Positions 28,961 to 40,600 of a DNA stretch of 64,000 bases are shown piece after piece; position 1 is the stretch's first letter; every line of letters begins with the position of its first letter. The stretch is taken from positions 20,928,001-20,992,000 of the forward strand of contig CP086569.2 in assembly GCA_009914755.4 (NCBI GenBank), read 5' to 3'. The stretch comes from the human T2T-CHM13v2.0 reference genome, Homo sapiens. The position numbers and the translations under genes were made by a program. The notes under the pieces were generated by a model. That model did not search any database. It was given only the letters and a program-made list of their open reading frames with translations, and was not told the origin of the DNA.

Positions 28961-31045
28961 CTAATGTTGTTGGGTAAAATAGAGACATGAGTGTCCTATC
29001 AAATTAATTTAATTCAGTGCTTAGATAAATGCAGTTTAATGGCACAAGAAAACAGAAAAACAACATAAATTCAAATTTTTCTGAGATGTAAATGTGTCCA
29101 ATTAAAATTATAATTTGAAGGTCATGAAAACAATGCAGAAATGTTGACAATTAGTCTTACTTTGTCCTATTCATAAATGACTGAGATAGAACATTGCACT
29201 GAAACCACTTAATATGTACTTATAAAAGATATAATGTGCAGTTGAAATGTTGTTAATGTAAAACTCCAAAACTTGAGCCAGTAAATAAACATTTGTTTTA
29301 ACTCCCAGAACCAAACAATGGATAGATTTATCAACATGCATTTTCACCCTCAGTTCACTGTGGTTCTGTTGTCATGATGGAACCAGAAAAAAAGTATCAG
29401 GACTTAAAAGTGTAATGGCTTTCATATTTTGAAGACTATGGTTTTCCTGTATAATACTTGAACTTGGCCTAATAAGATGTGTGCAATTGCTTAAAAACTA
29501 CAGTTCATTTACTTTTATTAAAAGTACATACAGTATAAGCAATCCAATAAAAAGTAAAACAATTAGATAAATAATAGATTAGAGTTTTAATAATTTATTT
29601 TTTCCCCATGGTGTATTCTGTTTATACCATGTATTTCATGCTCCTCTCACTGTAAATGACTATCATGCACCGAAAAATACTGATTTGCTGAATTATCAGA
29701 TGGAGTATTTTTCCAACAAGGCTCTTGAGGTCACTGGTCCTGATGCTGGACAAGAAAAGACTATCATAGCATTGATGGCTAAAGTATAATTATTTTTATA
29801 TTTCTTTTGGAAATTTAGCTACACTCACAGAAGCTAACAACTAATAGTTTTCAATAGCATATATGTGCATCCCAAAGATATTCATTGTGTTTTTAAATTT
29901 TAAAATTAGTTTCCTGTTTGTATTTTTACTTGAGGCATCTGCATACTTTGCTATGAAAAAAATTGATATTTGCAATAATATGCTGCCAACCTGAGAGGAG
30001 TGTTATAGAAGAAAATAATCACAAAAGTCACCTGTATTTTGTCCACAGTGCAAAGAACTGGGATCTACTAGATCGAGTAAGAACTTTTGGTTCTTACTGT
30101 GATATGAAGCCCAAGGATGATTACAGCTGAGGGATAAACCAAGCACTATCAGGAGAGAGAAAATGCAGGTTCAGTGCATCCTTATTATATTGGATTTCAC
30201 TATAGACTGTTTTTAATATTCTAAGTCCAATGTGTCTACATAATGATGGATAAAGTGGAGAAAATGTTATTATTAAATTAACCAGAAATCAATGATTGAT
30301 TATGTAGGCTTAAATTAGATATCTGAAAAAAAGAGAAGTCTACTAAAAAGAAGCCATTTACACAAATTCAGGAGCTGTTTTGCGTGCAACTAATATTTTC
30401 ACTGAAAATAAAAGAAGTTTTCTAAAACCTCTTTCCTCATCTTTGTCAAAATATATAATTTTTAGAGTAGGGTTATTTATGATAAAATTTATTGTCATTT
30501 TATGTACAAATGTCCAATGGTCATCACAGTCATTTAAAAATATAATTTATATGATAAAATATTCATTCATTTTATGTTTAATCAAAAGTGTTATATATAG
30601 CTATATACACTGAGCAGCATTTTCAGACGTGACTGCTTATTGACAATATATAATTGTTATGAAAATTTTCTATGACAAATCAACAGGGGATTTGTTGATG
30701 TGGTAGCTATAGGTGGGAAAAAGTATAAATCAACAGGAACATTTAGAAAAGGTAAACACCATTTCCACCAATATTAATTCCACAAAAGAAGCTTTTTCAA
30801 ATAGACAAATGCCAGAAGAGCAAATACGGTAATCAATCAAAACCATCAAGTGACTGCAATGAAATTACTCTTTGTTGGTAATTGAACTTAGTGTAGGTGC
30901 TACTGAAAACACAAAGCTACTGGCAAGCATATTCCTAATCTCACACATATGTCAGTTCTCTAAAGAAAAAGAGTAAGTAGCGTAAGTGTCAATACAGAGG
31001 ACAGAAAAAGATCAGCAGAAGTCTGACTACAAGTTGTATGGTATG

Positions 31046-32165
31046 ATTTTTTTATTTTATTTTTACTTTTATTATAACAAATTCTGGGATACATGTACAG
31101 AACGGGCAGGTTTGTTACATAAGTATACAAGTCCCTTGGTGGTTTGCTCTGCCCATCAACCAATCATATACATTAGGTATTTCTCCTAATGCTATCCTTC
31201 CCCTAACCCCCACCCTCTGACAGGCCCTGGTGTGTGATATTCCCCTCCATGTGTCCATGTGTTCTCATTATTCAACTCCCACTTATGAGTGAGAACATGT
31301 GGGGTTTCGCTTTCTGTTCCTGTGTTAATTTGCTGAGAATGATGGTTTCCAGCTTCAACCATGTCCCAGCAAAAGGACATAAACTCATTCTTTTTTGTGG
31401 CTGCATAGTATTCCATGGTGTATATAAGCCACATTTTCTTTATCCAGTCTATCATTCATGGGCATTTGGATTGGTTCAAAGTCTTTGCTGTTGTGAATAG
31501 TGCTACAGTAAACACACATGTGCATGTGTCTTTATAATAGAATAATTTATAATCCTTTGGGTGTATACACCATAATAGGATTGCTGGGTCAAATGGTATT
31601 TCTGTTTCTAGATCTTTGAGTAATCAGCACACTGTCTTCTATTAGTTCTATGTTGAACTGATTTACACTCCCACCAACAGTATAAAAGTGTTCCTATTTC
31701 TCCACATCCTCTTCAGCATTTGTTGTTTTCTGACTTTTTAATGATCACCATTCAAACTGGCATGAGATGGTATCTCATTGTGGTTTTCATTTGCAATTCT
31801 CTAATGACCACTGAGGATAAGCATTTTTTTATGTGTTTATTGGCTGCATAAATGTCTTTTTTTTTTTTTTTTTGAGACTGAATAGCCAGGATGGTCTTGA
31901 TCTCCTGACCTTGTGATCTGCCCACCTCGACCTCCCAAAGTGCTGGGACTACAGGGATGAGCCACAGCACCCGGGCCATAAATGTCTCCTTTTGAGAAGT
32001 GTCTGTTCATATACTTCATCCACTTTTTGATAGGATTATTTTTGTTTATTGTAAATTTGTGTAAGTTATTTGTAGATTCTGGATATTAGCCCTTTGTCAG
32101 ATGGATAGATGGCAAAAATTTTCTCTCATTCTGTAGGATGCCTGTTCACTCTGATGACAGTTTCT
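31046..32165 (-). mobile_element. 5'-truncated L1 (about 1.0 kb of ORF2 C-terminus and 3'UTR) on the minus strand, carrying a nested FLAM insertion
   Basis: Poly-T and T-rich tail at 31046-31075, then reverse-complement L1 3'UTR and ORF2 end. The minus-strand ORF at 31192..31455 is [74 protein letters not shown]... L1 homology continues to about 32165, where the reverse complement reads ..AAGAAACTGTCATCAGAGTGAACAGGCATCCTACAGAATGAGAGAAAATTTTTGCCATCTATCCATCTGACAAAGGGC. Confidence 0.85.
31857..31976 (-). mobile_element. FLAM-like, left-monomer-only Alu element with its own poly-A, flanked by an 11-bp TSD (CATAAATGTCT)
   Basis: On the plus strand, (T)17 is followed by GAGACTGAATAGCCAGGATGGTCTTGATCTCCTGACCTTGTGATCTGCCCACCTCGACCTCCCAAAGTGCTGGGACTACAGGGATGAGCCACAGCACCCGGGCC. 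This is the reverse complement of the Alu left monomer, and no right monomer is present. CATAAATGTCT lies at 31846-31856 and again at 31977-31987. L1 ORF2 sequence is contiguous across the TSD. Confidence 0.8.
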
Positions 32166-32494
32166 TGGTATAAATTTTTGGAAATCCTAAAAGTGCTCTT
32201 TAAAGTGTGATCTTTTGAACACTGGAAATACGAAGACACCAGGAAAGCATAATACCCTATTTTCAAGAGTTGATGACCTGAATCCCTGTGTAGCTCTCTA
32301 ATGCAAAGATGAGAGTCACAGCAACTGGGTCAAATAATAAATTTTGAAGAAAATGAAGACTGTGTTCTCAGTTCCAGGTGCTTCATCAGGCTCATTGTGG
32401 ATCCAGACTACCAGACACAAGACATTACACATTGTAATGCATTAAATGCATAGTTTTAACAGTAATAATTTAAAAGAGATTTAGAATTTTATAA

Positions 32495-32876
<382 letters not shown>

Positions 32877-32957
32877 ATAGAGGCACTTTTAACCATAAAT
32901 GAACACTGTTATGATTTGTATTACCACAGTATCATTATTCTGTCCTGTTTGCCTTAC

Positions 32958-33218
32958 ATTTTATTTATTTATTATACTGTAAGTTCTGGGATACATGTGC
33001 AGAATGTGCAGGTTTGTTACAGAGATATATGCTTGTTTGCTGCACCTGTCAGTTTTTCATCTACATTAGGTATTTCTCCTAATGCTATTCCCTGTTAGGT
33101 CCCCACCCTCCAACAGTCTCCAGTGTTTGATGTTCCCCTCCCTATGTCCATGTATTCTCATTTTACAACTCCCACCTATGAGTGAGAAATTGCAGTGTTT
33201 GTGTGTTTGGAACTTATT
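32958..33218 (-). mobile_element. Short L1 3'-end fragment (tail, 3'UTR and last ORF2 codons) on the minus strand, directly abutting the satellite array
   Basis: TTTTATTTATTTATTATACTGTAAGTTCTGGGATACATGTGCAGAATGTGCAGGTTTGTTACAGAGATATATGC...TTAGGTATTTCTCCTAATGCTATTCCCTGTTAGGTCCCCACCCTCCAACAGTCTCCAGTGTTTGATGTTCCCCTCCCTATGTCCATGTATTCTCATTTTACAACTCCCACCTATGAGTGAGAAATTGCAGTGTTTGTGTGTTTGGAAC is the reverse complement of the L1 ORF2 end and 3'UTR. Confidence 0.75.
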
Positions 33219-33227
33219 CCTTCCAGT

Positions 33228-33345
33228 GGGTTTGTGGTCTCGCTCACTGCAAAAATGAAGCTGTAGACCGTTTCGGTGTGTGTTACAACTCTTAAAGGTG
33301 GTGTGTCTGGAGTTTGCTACTTCACATGAGCTCATGGTCTTGCTT
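33228..33345. repeat. Edge monomer of the array. It is the most divergent unit and the most LTR12-like (ancestral-looking)
   Basis: GTTTGTGGTCTCGCTCACTGCAAAAATGAAGCTGTAGACCGTTTCGGTGTGTGTTACAACTCTTAAAGGTGGTGTGTCTGGAGTTTGCTACTTCACATGAGCTCATGGTCTTGCTTACTTC. It keeps GTGGTCTCGCT and TCTTAAAGGTGGTGTGTCTGGAGTTTG, which are closer to the LTR12 start than to the homogenised array consensus. Units at 33345-33800 are intermediate. Confidence 0.6.
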
Positions 33346-34949
33346 ACTTCAAGAATGAAGCTGCAGACATTTACGGTGAGTGTTACAGCATTTAAAGCTG
33401 TTATGTCCAGAGTTTGTTCCTTAAGATGTGTCCAGAATTTCTTCCTTCAGGCAGGTTCATGGTCCTGCTTAATTCAAGAACGAAGCTGCAGACATTTACG
33501 GTGAGTGTTACAGCACTTAAAGGTGTTATGAACACAGATTGTTCCTTCAGATGTGTCCAGAGTTTCTTCCATCTGGCAGGTTCATGGCCTTGCTTACTTC
33601 AAGAATGAAGCTGCAGACCTTTACTGTGAGTGTTACAACACTTAAAGGTGTTATGTCCAGAGTTTGTTCCTTCAGATGTGTTCAGAGTTTCTTCCTTCTG
33701 GCAGGATCATGGTCTTGCTCACTTCAAGAATAAAACTGTAGAACTTAGTGGTGAGCGTTACAGCACTTAAAGGTGTTACGTCCAGAGTTTGTTCATTCAC
33801 ATGTGTCCAGAGTTTCTTCCTTCTGGCAGGTTCATGGTCTTGCTCACTTCAAGAATGAAGCTGCAGACCTTAGTGGTGAGTGTTACAGCACTTAATGGTG
33901 TTATGTTCAGAGATTGTTCATTCAGATGTGTCCGTAGTTTCTTCCTTCTGGCAGGTTCATGGTCTTGCTCACTTCAAGAATGAAGCTGCAAAGCTAAGTG
34001 TTGAGTGTTACAGCACTTAAAGGTGTTATGTCCAGAGTTTCTTCCTTCAGATGTGTCCAGAGTTTCTTCCTTCTGGCTGGCTCAAGGTCCTGCTTAATTC
34101 AAGAATGAAGCTGCAGACCTTAGTGGTGAGTGTTACAGCACTTAAAGGTGTTATGTCCAGAGTTTCTTCCTTCAGATGTGTCCAGAGTTTCCTCCTTCTT
34201 GCAGGTTCATGGTCTTGCTTACTTCAAGAATGAAGCTGCAGACATTAGTGGTGACTGTTACAGCACTTAAAGGTGTTATGTCCAGAGTTTGTTCCTTCAG
34301 ATGTGTCCAGAGTTTCTTCCTTATGGCAGGTTCATGGTCTTGCTCACTTCAAGAAAGAAGCTGAAGACCTTTACGGTGAGTGTTACAGCACCTAAAGGTG
34401 TTATGTCCAGAGTTTCTTCCTTCAGATGTGCCCAGAGTTTCTTCCTTCTGGCAGGTTCATGGACTTGCTCACTTCAAGAATGAAGCTGCAAACCTTTACG
34501 GTGAGTGTTACAAAACTTAAAGGTGTTATGTCCAGAGATTTTTCCTTCAGATGTGTTCAGAGTTTCTTCCTTCTGGCAGGTTCATGGTCTTGCTCACTTC
34601 AAGAATGAAGCTGCAGACCTTTACGGTGAGTGTTACAGCACCTAAAGGTGTTATGTCCAGAGCTTGTTCCTTCAGATGTGCCCAGAGTTTCTTCCTTCTG
34701 GAAGGTTAATGGACTTGCTCACTTCAAGAATGAAGCTGCAGACCTTAGTGGTGAGTGTTACAGCACTTAAAGGTGTTATGTCCAGAGATTGTTACTTCAG
34801 ATGTGTCCGGACTTTCTTCCTTCTGGCAGGTTCATGGTCTTTCTCACTTCAAGAATGAAGCTGCAGACCTTAGTGGTGAGTGTTACAGCATTTAAAGGTG
34901 TTATGTCCAGAGTTTGTTCCTTCAGATGTGTCCAGACTTTCTTCCTTCT

Positions 34950-37620
34950 GGCAGGTTCATGGTCTTCTCACTTCAAGAATGAAGCTGCAGACATTTACGG
35001 TGAGTGTTACAGCACCTAAAGTTGTTATGTCCAGAGTTTGTTCCTTCAGATGTGCCCAGAGATTCTTGCTTCTGGTAGATTCATGGTCTTGCTCACTTCA
35101 AGAATGAAACTGCAAACCTTTACGGTGAGTGTTACAACACTTAAAGGTGTTATGTCCAGAGTTTGTTCCTTCAGATGTGTTCAGAGTTTCTTCCTTCTGG
35201 CAGGTTCATGATCTTGCTCACTTCAAGAATGAAGCTGCAGAAGTTAGTTGTGAGTGTTACAGCGCTTAAAGGTGTTATGTCCAGAGGTTCTTCATTCAGA
35301 TGTGTCCGGAGTTTCTTCCGTCTGGCAGGTTCATGGTCTTGCTCACTTCAAGAATGAAGCTGCAGACCTTAGTAGTGAGTGTTACAGCACTTAAAGGTGT
35401 TATGTCCAGAGTTTGTTCATTTAGATGTGTCAAGAGTTTCTTCCTCCTGGCAGGTTCATGGTCTTGCTCACTTCAAGAATGAAGCTGCAGACCTTTACGG
35501 TGAGTGTTACAGCACTTAAAGGTGTTAGGTCTAGAGTTTGTTCCTTCAGATGTGTCCAGATATTCTTCCTTCTGGCAGGTTCATGGTCTTGCTCACTTCA
35601 AGAATGAAGCTGCAGACCTTAGTGGTGAGTCCCACAGCACTTAAAGGTGTTATGTCCAGAGTTTGTTCATTCAGATGTGTCCGGAGTTTCTTCCTTGTGG
35701 CAGGTTCATGGTCTTGTTCTCTTCAAGAATGAAGCTGCAGAAATTAGTGGTGAGTGTTACAGCACTTATAGGTGTTATGTCCAGAGTTTATTCCTTCAGA
35801 TGTGTCCAGAGTTTCCTCCTTCTGGCAGGTTCATGGTCTTGCTGACTTCAAGAATAAAGCTGCAGACCTGTACGGTGAGTGTTACAGCACTTAAAGGTGT
35901 TATGTCCATAGTTTGTTCCTTCAGATGTGTCCAGAGTCAATTCCTTCTGGCAGGCTCATGGTCCTGCTCACTTGAAGAATGAAGCTGCAGACCTCACTGG
36001 TGAGTGTTACAGCACTTAAAGTTGTTATGTCCTGAGTTTGTTCATGCAGATGTGACCGGAGTTTCTTTCTTCTGGCAGGTTCATGGTCTTGCTCACCTCA
36101 AGAATGAAGCTGCAGACCTTAGTGGTGAGTGTTACAGCACTTAAAGGTGTTATGTAGAGAGTTTGTTACTTCATATGTGTCCAGAGTTTCTTCATTCTGG
36201 CAGATTCATGGTCTTGCTCACTTCAATAATGAAGCTGCATACCTTTACGGTGAGTGTTACAGCACTTAAAGGTGTTAGGTCCAGAGTTTGTTCCTTCAGA
36301 TGTGCCCAGAGATTCTTGCTTCTGGTAGATTCATGGTCTTGCTCACTTCAAGAATGAAACTGTAAACCTTTACGGTGAGTGTTACAACACTTAAAGGTGT
36401 TATGTCCAGAGTTTGTTCCTTCAGATGTGTTCAGAGTTTCTTCCTTCTGGCAGGTTCATCATCTTGCTCACTTCAAGAATGAAGCTGCAGAAGTTAGTTG
36501 TGAGTGTTACAGCGCTTAAAGGTGTTATGTCCAGAGGTTCTTCATTCAGATGTGTCCGGAGTTTCTTCCGTCTGGCAGGTTCATGGTCTTGCTCACTTCA
36601 AGAACGAAGCTGCAGAACTTAGTGGTGAGTGTTACAGCACTTAAAGGTGTTATGTCCAGAGTTTGTTCATTTAGATGTGTCCAGAGTTTCTTCCTTCTGG
36701 CAGGTTCATGGTCTTGCTCACTTCAAGAATGAAGCTGCAGACCTTTACGGTGAGTGTTACAGCACTTAAAGGTGTTAGGTCTAGAGTTTGTTCCTTCAGA
36801 TGTGTCCAGATATTCTTCCTTCTGGCAGGTTCATGGTCTTACTCACTTCAAGAATGAAGCTGCAGACCTTAGTGGTGAGTCTCACAGCACTTAAAGGTGT
36901 TATGTCCAGAGTTTGTTCATTCAGATGTGTCCGGAGTTTCTTCCTTGTGGCAGGTTCATGGTCTTGTTCTCTTCAAGAATGAAGCTGCAGAAATTAGTGG
37001 TGAGTGTTACAGCACTTATAGGTGTTATGTCCAGAGTTTGTTCCTTCAGATGTGTCCAGAGTTTCCTCCTTCTGGCAGGTTCATGGTCTTGCTGACTTCA
37101 AGAATAAAGCTGCAGACCTGTACGGTGAGTGTTACAGCACTTAAAGGTGTTATGTCCATAGTTTGTTCCTTCAGATGTGTCCAGAGTTTCTTCCTTCTGG
37201 CAGGTTCATGGTCTTGCTCACTTCAAGAATGAAGCTGCAGACATTTACGGTGAGTGTTACAGCACCTAAAGGTGTTATGTCCAGAGTTTGTTCCTTCAGA
37301 TGTGCCCAGAGTTTCTTGCTTCTGGCAGATTCATGGTCTTGCTCACTTCAAGAATGAAGCTGCAAACCTTTACGGTGAGTGTTTCAACACTTAAAGGTGT
37401 TATGTCCAGAGTTTTTTCCTTCAGATGTGTACAGAGTTTCTTCCTTCTGGCAGGTTCATGATCTTGCTCACTTCAAGAATGAAGCTGCAGAAGTTAGTTG
37501 TGAGTGTTACAGCGCTGAAAGGTGTTATGTTCAGAGGTTCTTCATTCAGATGTGTCCGGAGTTTCTTCCGTCTGGCAGATTCATGGTCTTGCTCACTTCA
37601 AGAATGAAGCTGCAGACCTT
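34950..37620. repeat. 1,250-bp higher-order repeat (10 monomers), about 2 full copies plus a shortened third at +1,000 bp
   Basis: Track peptides repeat at exactly +1250: 35163/36413 (MFLQMCSEFLPSGRF(M/I)ILLTSRMKLQKLVVSVTALKGVMSRGSSFRCVRSFFRLAGSWSCSLQE), and the pairs 35300/36550, 35425/36675, 35538/36788 and 35647/36897 (111 aa each). The next copy is at +1000: 37413, 37550, 37675, 37788 and 37897. Confidence 0.75.
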
Positions 37621-40600
37621 AGTGGTGAGTGTTACAGCACTTAAAGGTGTTATGTCCAGAGTTTGTTCATTTAGATGTGTCCAGAGTTTCTTCCTTCTGG
37701 CAGGTTCATGGTCTTGCTCACTTCAAGAATGAAGCTGCAGACCTTTACGGTGAGTGTTACAGCACTTAAAGGTGTTAGGTCTAGTGTTTGTTCCTTCAGA
37801 TGTTTCCAGATATTCTTCCTTCTGGCAGGTTCATGGTCTTGCTCACTTCAAGAATGAAGCCGCAGACCTTAGTGGTGAGTCTCACAGCACTGAAAAGGTG
37901 TTATGTCCAGAGTTTGTTCATTCAGATGTGTCCGGAGTTTCTTCCTTCTGGCAGGTTTATGGTCTTGTTCTCTTCAAGAATGAAGCTGCAGAAATTAGTG
38001 GTGAGTGTTACAGCACTTATAGGTGTTATGTCCAGAGTTTGTTCCTTCAGATGTGTCCAGAGTTTCCTCCTTCTGGCAGGTTCATGGTCTTGCTGACTTC
38101 AAGAATAAAGCTGCAGACCTGTACGGTGAGTGTTACAGCACTTAAAGGTGTTATGTCCATAGTTTGTTCCTTCAGATGTGTCCAGAGTTAATTCCTTCTG
38201 GCAGGCTCATGGTCCTGCTCACTTGAAGAATGAAGCTGCAGACCTCACTGGTGAGTGTTACCGCACTTAAAGTTGTTATGTCCTGAGTTTGTTCATGCAG
38301 ATGTGACCGGAGTTTCTTTCTTCTGGCAGGTTCATGGTCTTGCTCACCTCAAGAATGAAGCTGCAGACCTTAGTGGTGAGTGTTACAGCACTTAAAGGTG
38401 TTATGTAGAGAGTTTGTTACTTCATATGTGTCCAGAGTTTCTTCATTCTGGCAGATTCATGGTCTTGCTCACTTCAATAATGAAGCTGCATACCTTTACG
38501 GTGAGTGTTACAGCACTTAAAGGTGTTATGTCTAGAGTTTGTTCCTTCAGATGTGTCCAGAGTTTCTTCTTTCTGGCAGGTTCATGGTCGTGCTCACTTC
38601 AAGAATGAAACTGCAGACCTTTACGGTGACTGTTACAACACTTAAAGGTGTTAGGTCCAGAGTTTGTTACTTCAGATGTGTCTAGAGTTTCTTCCTTTTG
38701 GCAGGTTCATGGTCTTGCTCACTTCAAGAATGAAGCTGCAGACCTTTACAGTGAGTGTTACAACACGTAAAGATGTTAGTTCCAGAATTTGTTCCTTCAG
38801 ATGTGTTCAGAGTTTCTTCCTTCTGGCAGGTGCATGGTCTTGCTCACCTCAGGAATGAAGCTGCAGACCTCAGTGGTGAGTGTTACAGCACGTAAAGGTG
38901 TTATGTCCAGAGATTGTTAATTCAGATATGTACAGAGTTTCTTCCTTCTGGCAGGTTCATTGTCTTGCTCACTTCAAGAATGAAGCTGCAGACCTTTACG
39001 GTGACTGTTACAGCCCTGAAAGGTGTTAGGTCCAGAGTTTGTTCCTTCAGATGTGTCCAGAGTTTCTTCGGTCTGGCAGGTTCATTGTCTTGCTCACTTC
39101 AAGAATGAAGCTGCAGACCTTTACGGTGAGTGTTACAGCATATAAAGGTGTTATGTCCACAGCTTGTTCCTTCATATGTGTCCAGAGTTTCTTCCTTCTG
39201 GCAGGTTCATGGTCTTGCTCACTTAAAGAATGAAGCTGCAGACGTTAGTGGTTAGTGTTGCAGCACTTAAAGGTGTTATGTCCAGAGATTGTTCATTCAG
39301 ATGTGTCCGTAGTTTCTTCCTTCTGGCAGGTTCATGGTCTTGCTCACTTCAAGAATGAAGGTTCAGACATTAGTGGTGAGTGTTACAGCACTTAAAAGTG
39401 TTATGTCCAGTGATTGTTCATTCAGATGTGTCCGTAGTTTCTTCCTTCTGGCAGGTTCAAGGCCTTGCTCACTTAAAGAATGAAGCTGCAGACCTTAGTG
39501 GAGAGTGTTTCAGCACTTAAAGGTGTTATGTCCAGAGTTTGTTCCTTCAGATGTGTCCAGAGTTTCTTCCTTCTGGCAGGTTCATGGTCTTGTTCACTTC
39601 AAGAATGAAGCTGCTGACCTTTACGGTGAGTGTTACAGCACTTAAAGGTGTTATGTCTAGAGTTTGTTCCTTCAGATGTGTCCAGAGTTTCTTCCTTCTG
39701 GAAGGTTCATGGTCTTGCTCACTTCAAGAATGAAGCTGCAGACCTTAGTGGTGAGTGTTACAGCACTTAAAGGTGTTATGTCCAGAGATCGTTACTTCAG
39801 AGGTGTCAGGAGTTTCTTCCTTCTGGCAGGTTCATGGTCTTGCTCAATTCAAGAATGAAGCTGCAGACCTTAGTGGTGAGTGTTACAGCACTTAAAGGTG
39901 TTATGTCCAGAGTTTGTTCCTTCAGATGTGTTCAGAGTTTCTTCCTTCTGGCAGGCTCATGGTCCTGCTTAATTCAAGAATGATGCTGCAGACATTTACG
40001 GTGAGTGTTACAGCACTTAAAGGTGTTATGTCCAGGGTTTGTTCCTTCAGATGTGTCCAGAGTTTCCTCCTTCTGGCAGGTTCATGGTCTTGCTTATTTC
40101 AAGAATGAAGCTGCAGACCTTAGTGGTGAGTGTTACAACACTTAAAGGTGTTATGTCCAGAGTTTGTTCCTTCAGATGTGTCCAGAGTTTCTTCCTTCTG
40201 GCAGGTTCATGGTCTTGCTCACTTCAAGAATGAAGCTGCACACATTTACGGTGAGCGTTACAGCACCTAAAGGTGTTATGTCCAGAGTTTGTTCCTTCAG
40301 ATGTGCCCAGAGTTTCTTGCTTCTGGCAGATTCATGGTCTTGCTCACTTCAAGAATGAAGCTGCAAACCTTTACGGTGAGTGTTTCAACACTTAAAGGTG
40401 TTATGTCCAGAGTTTTTTCCTTCAGATGTGTACAGAGTTTCTTCCTTCTGGCAGGTTCATGATCTTGCTCACTTCAAGAATGAAGCTGCAGAAGTTAGTT
40501 GTGAGTGTTACAGCGCTGAAAGGTGTTATGTTCAGAGGTTCTTCATTCAGATGTGTCCGGAGTTTCTTCCGTCTGGCAGATTCATGGTCTTGCTGACTTC

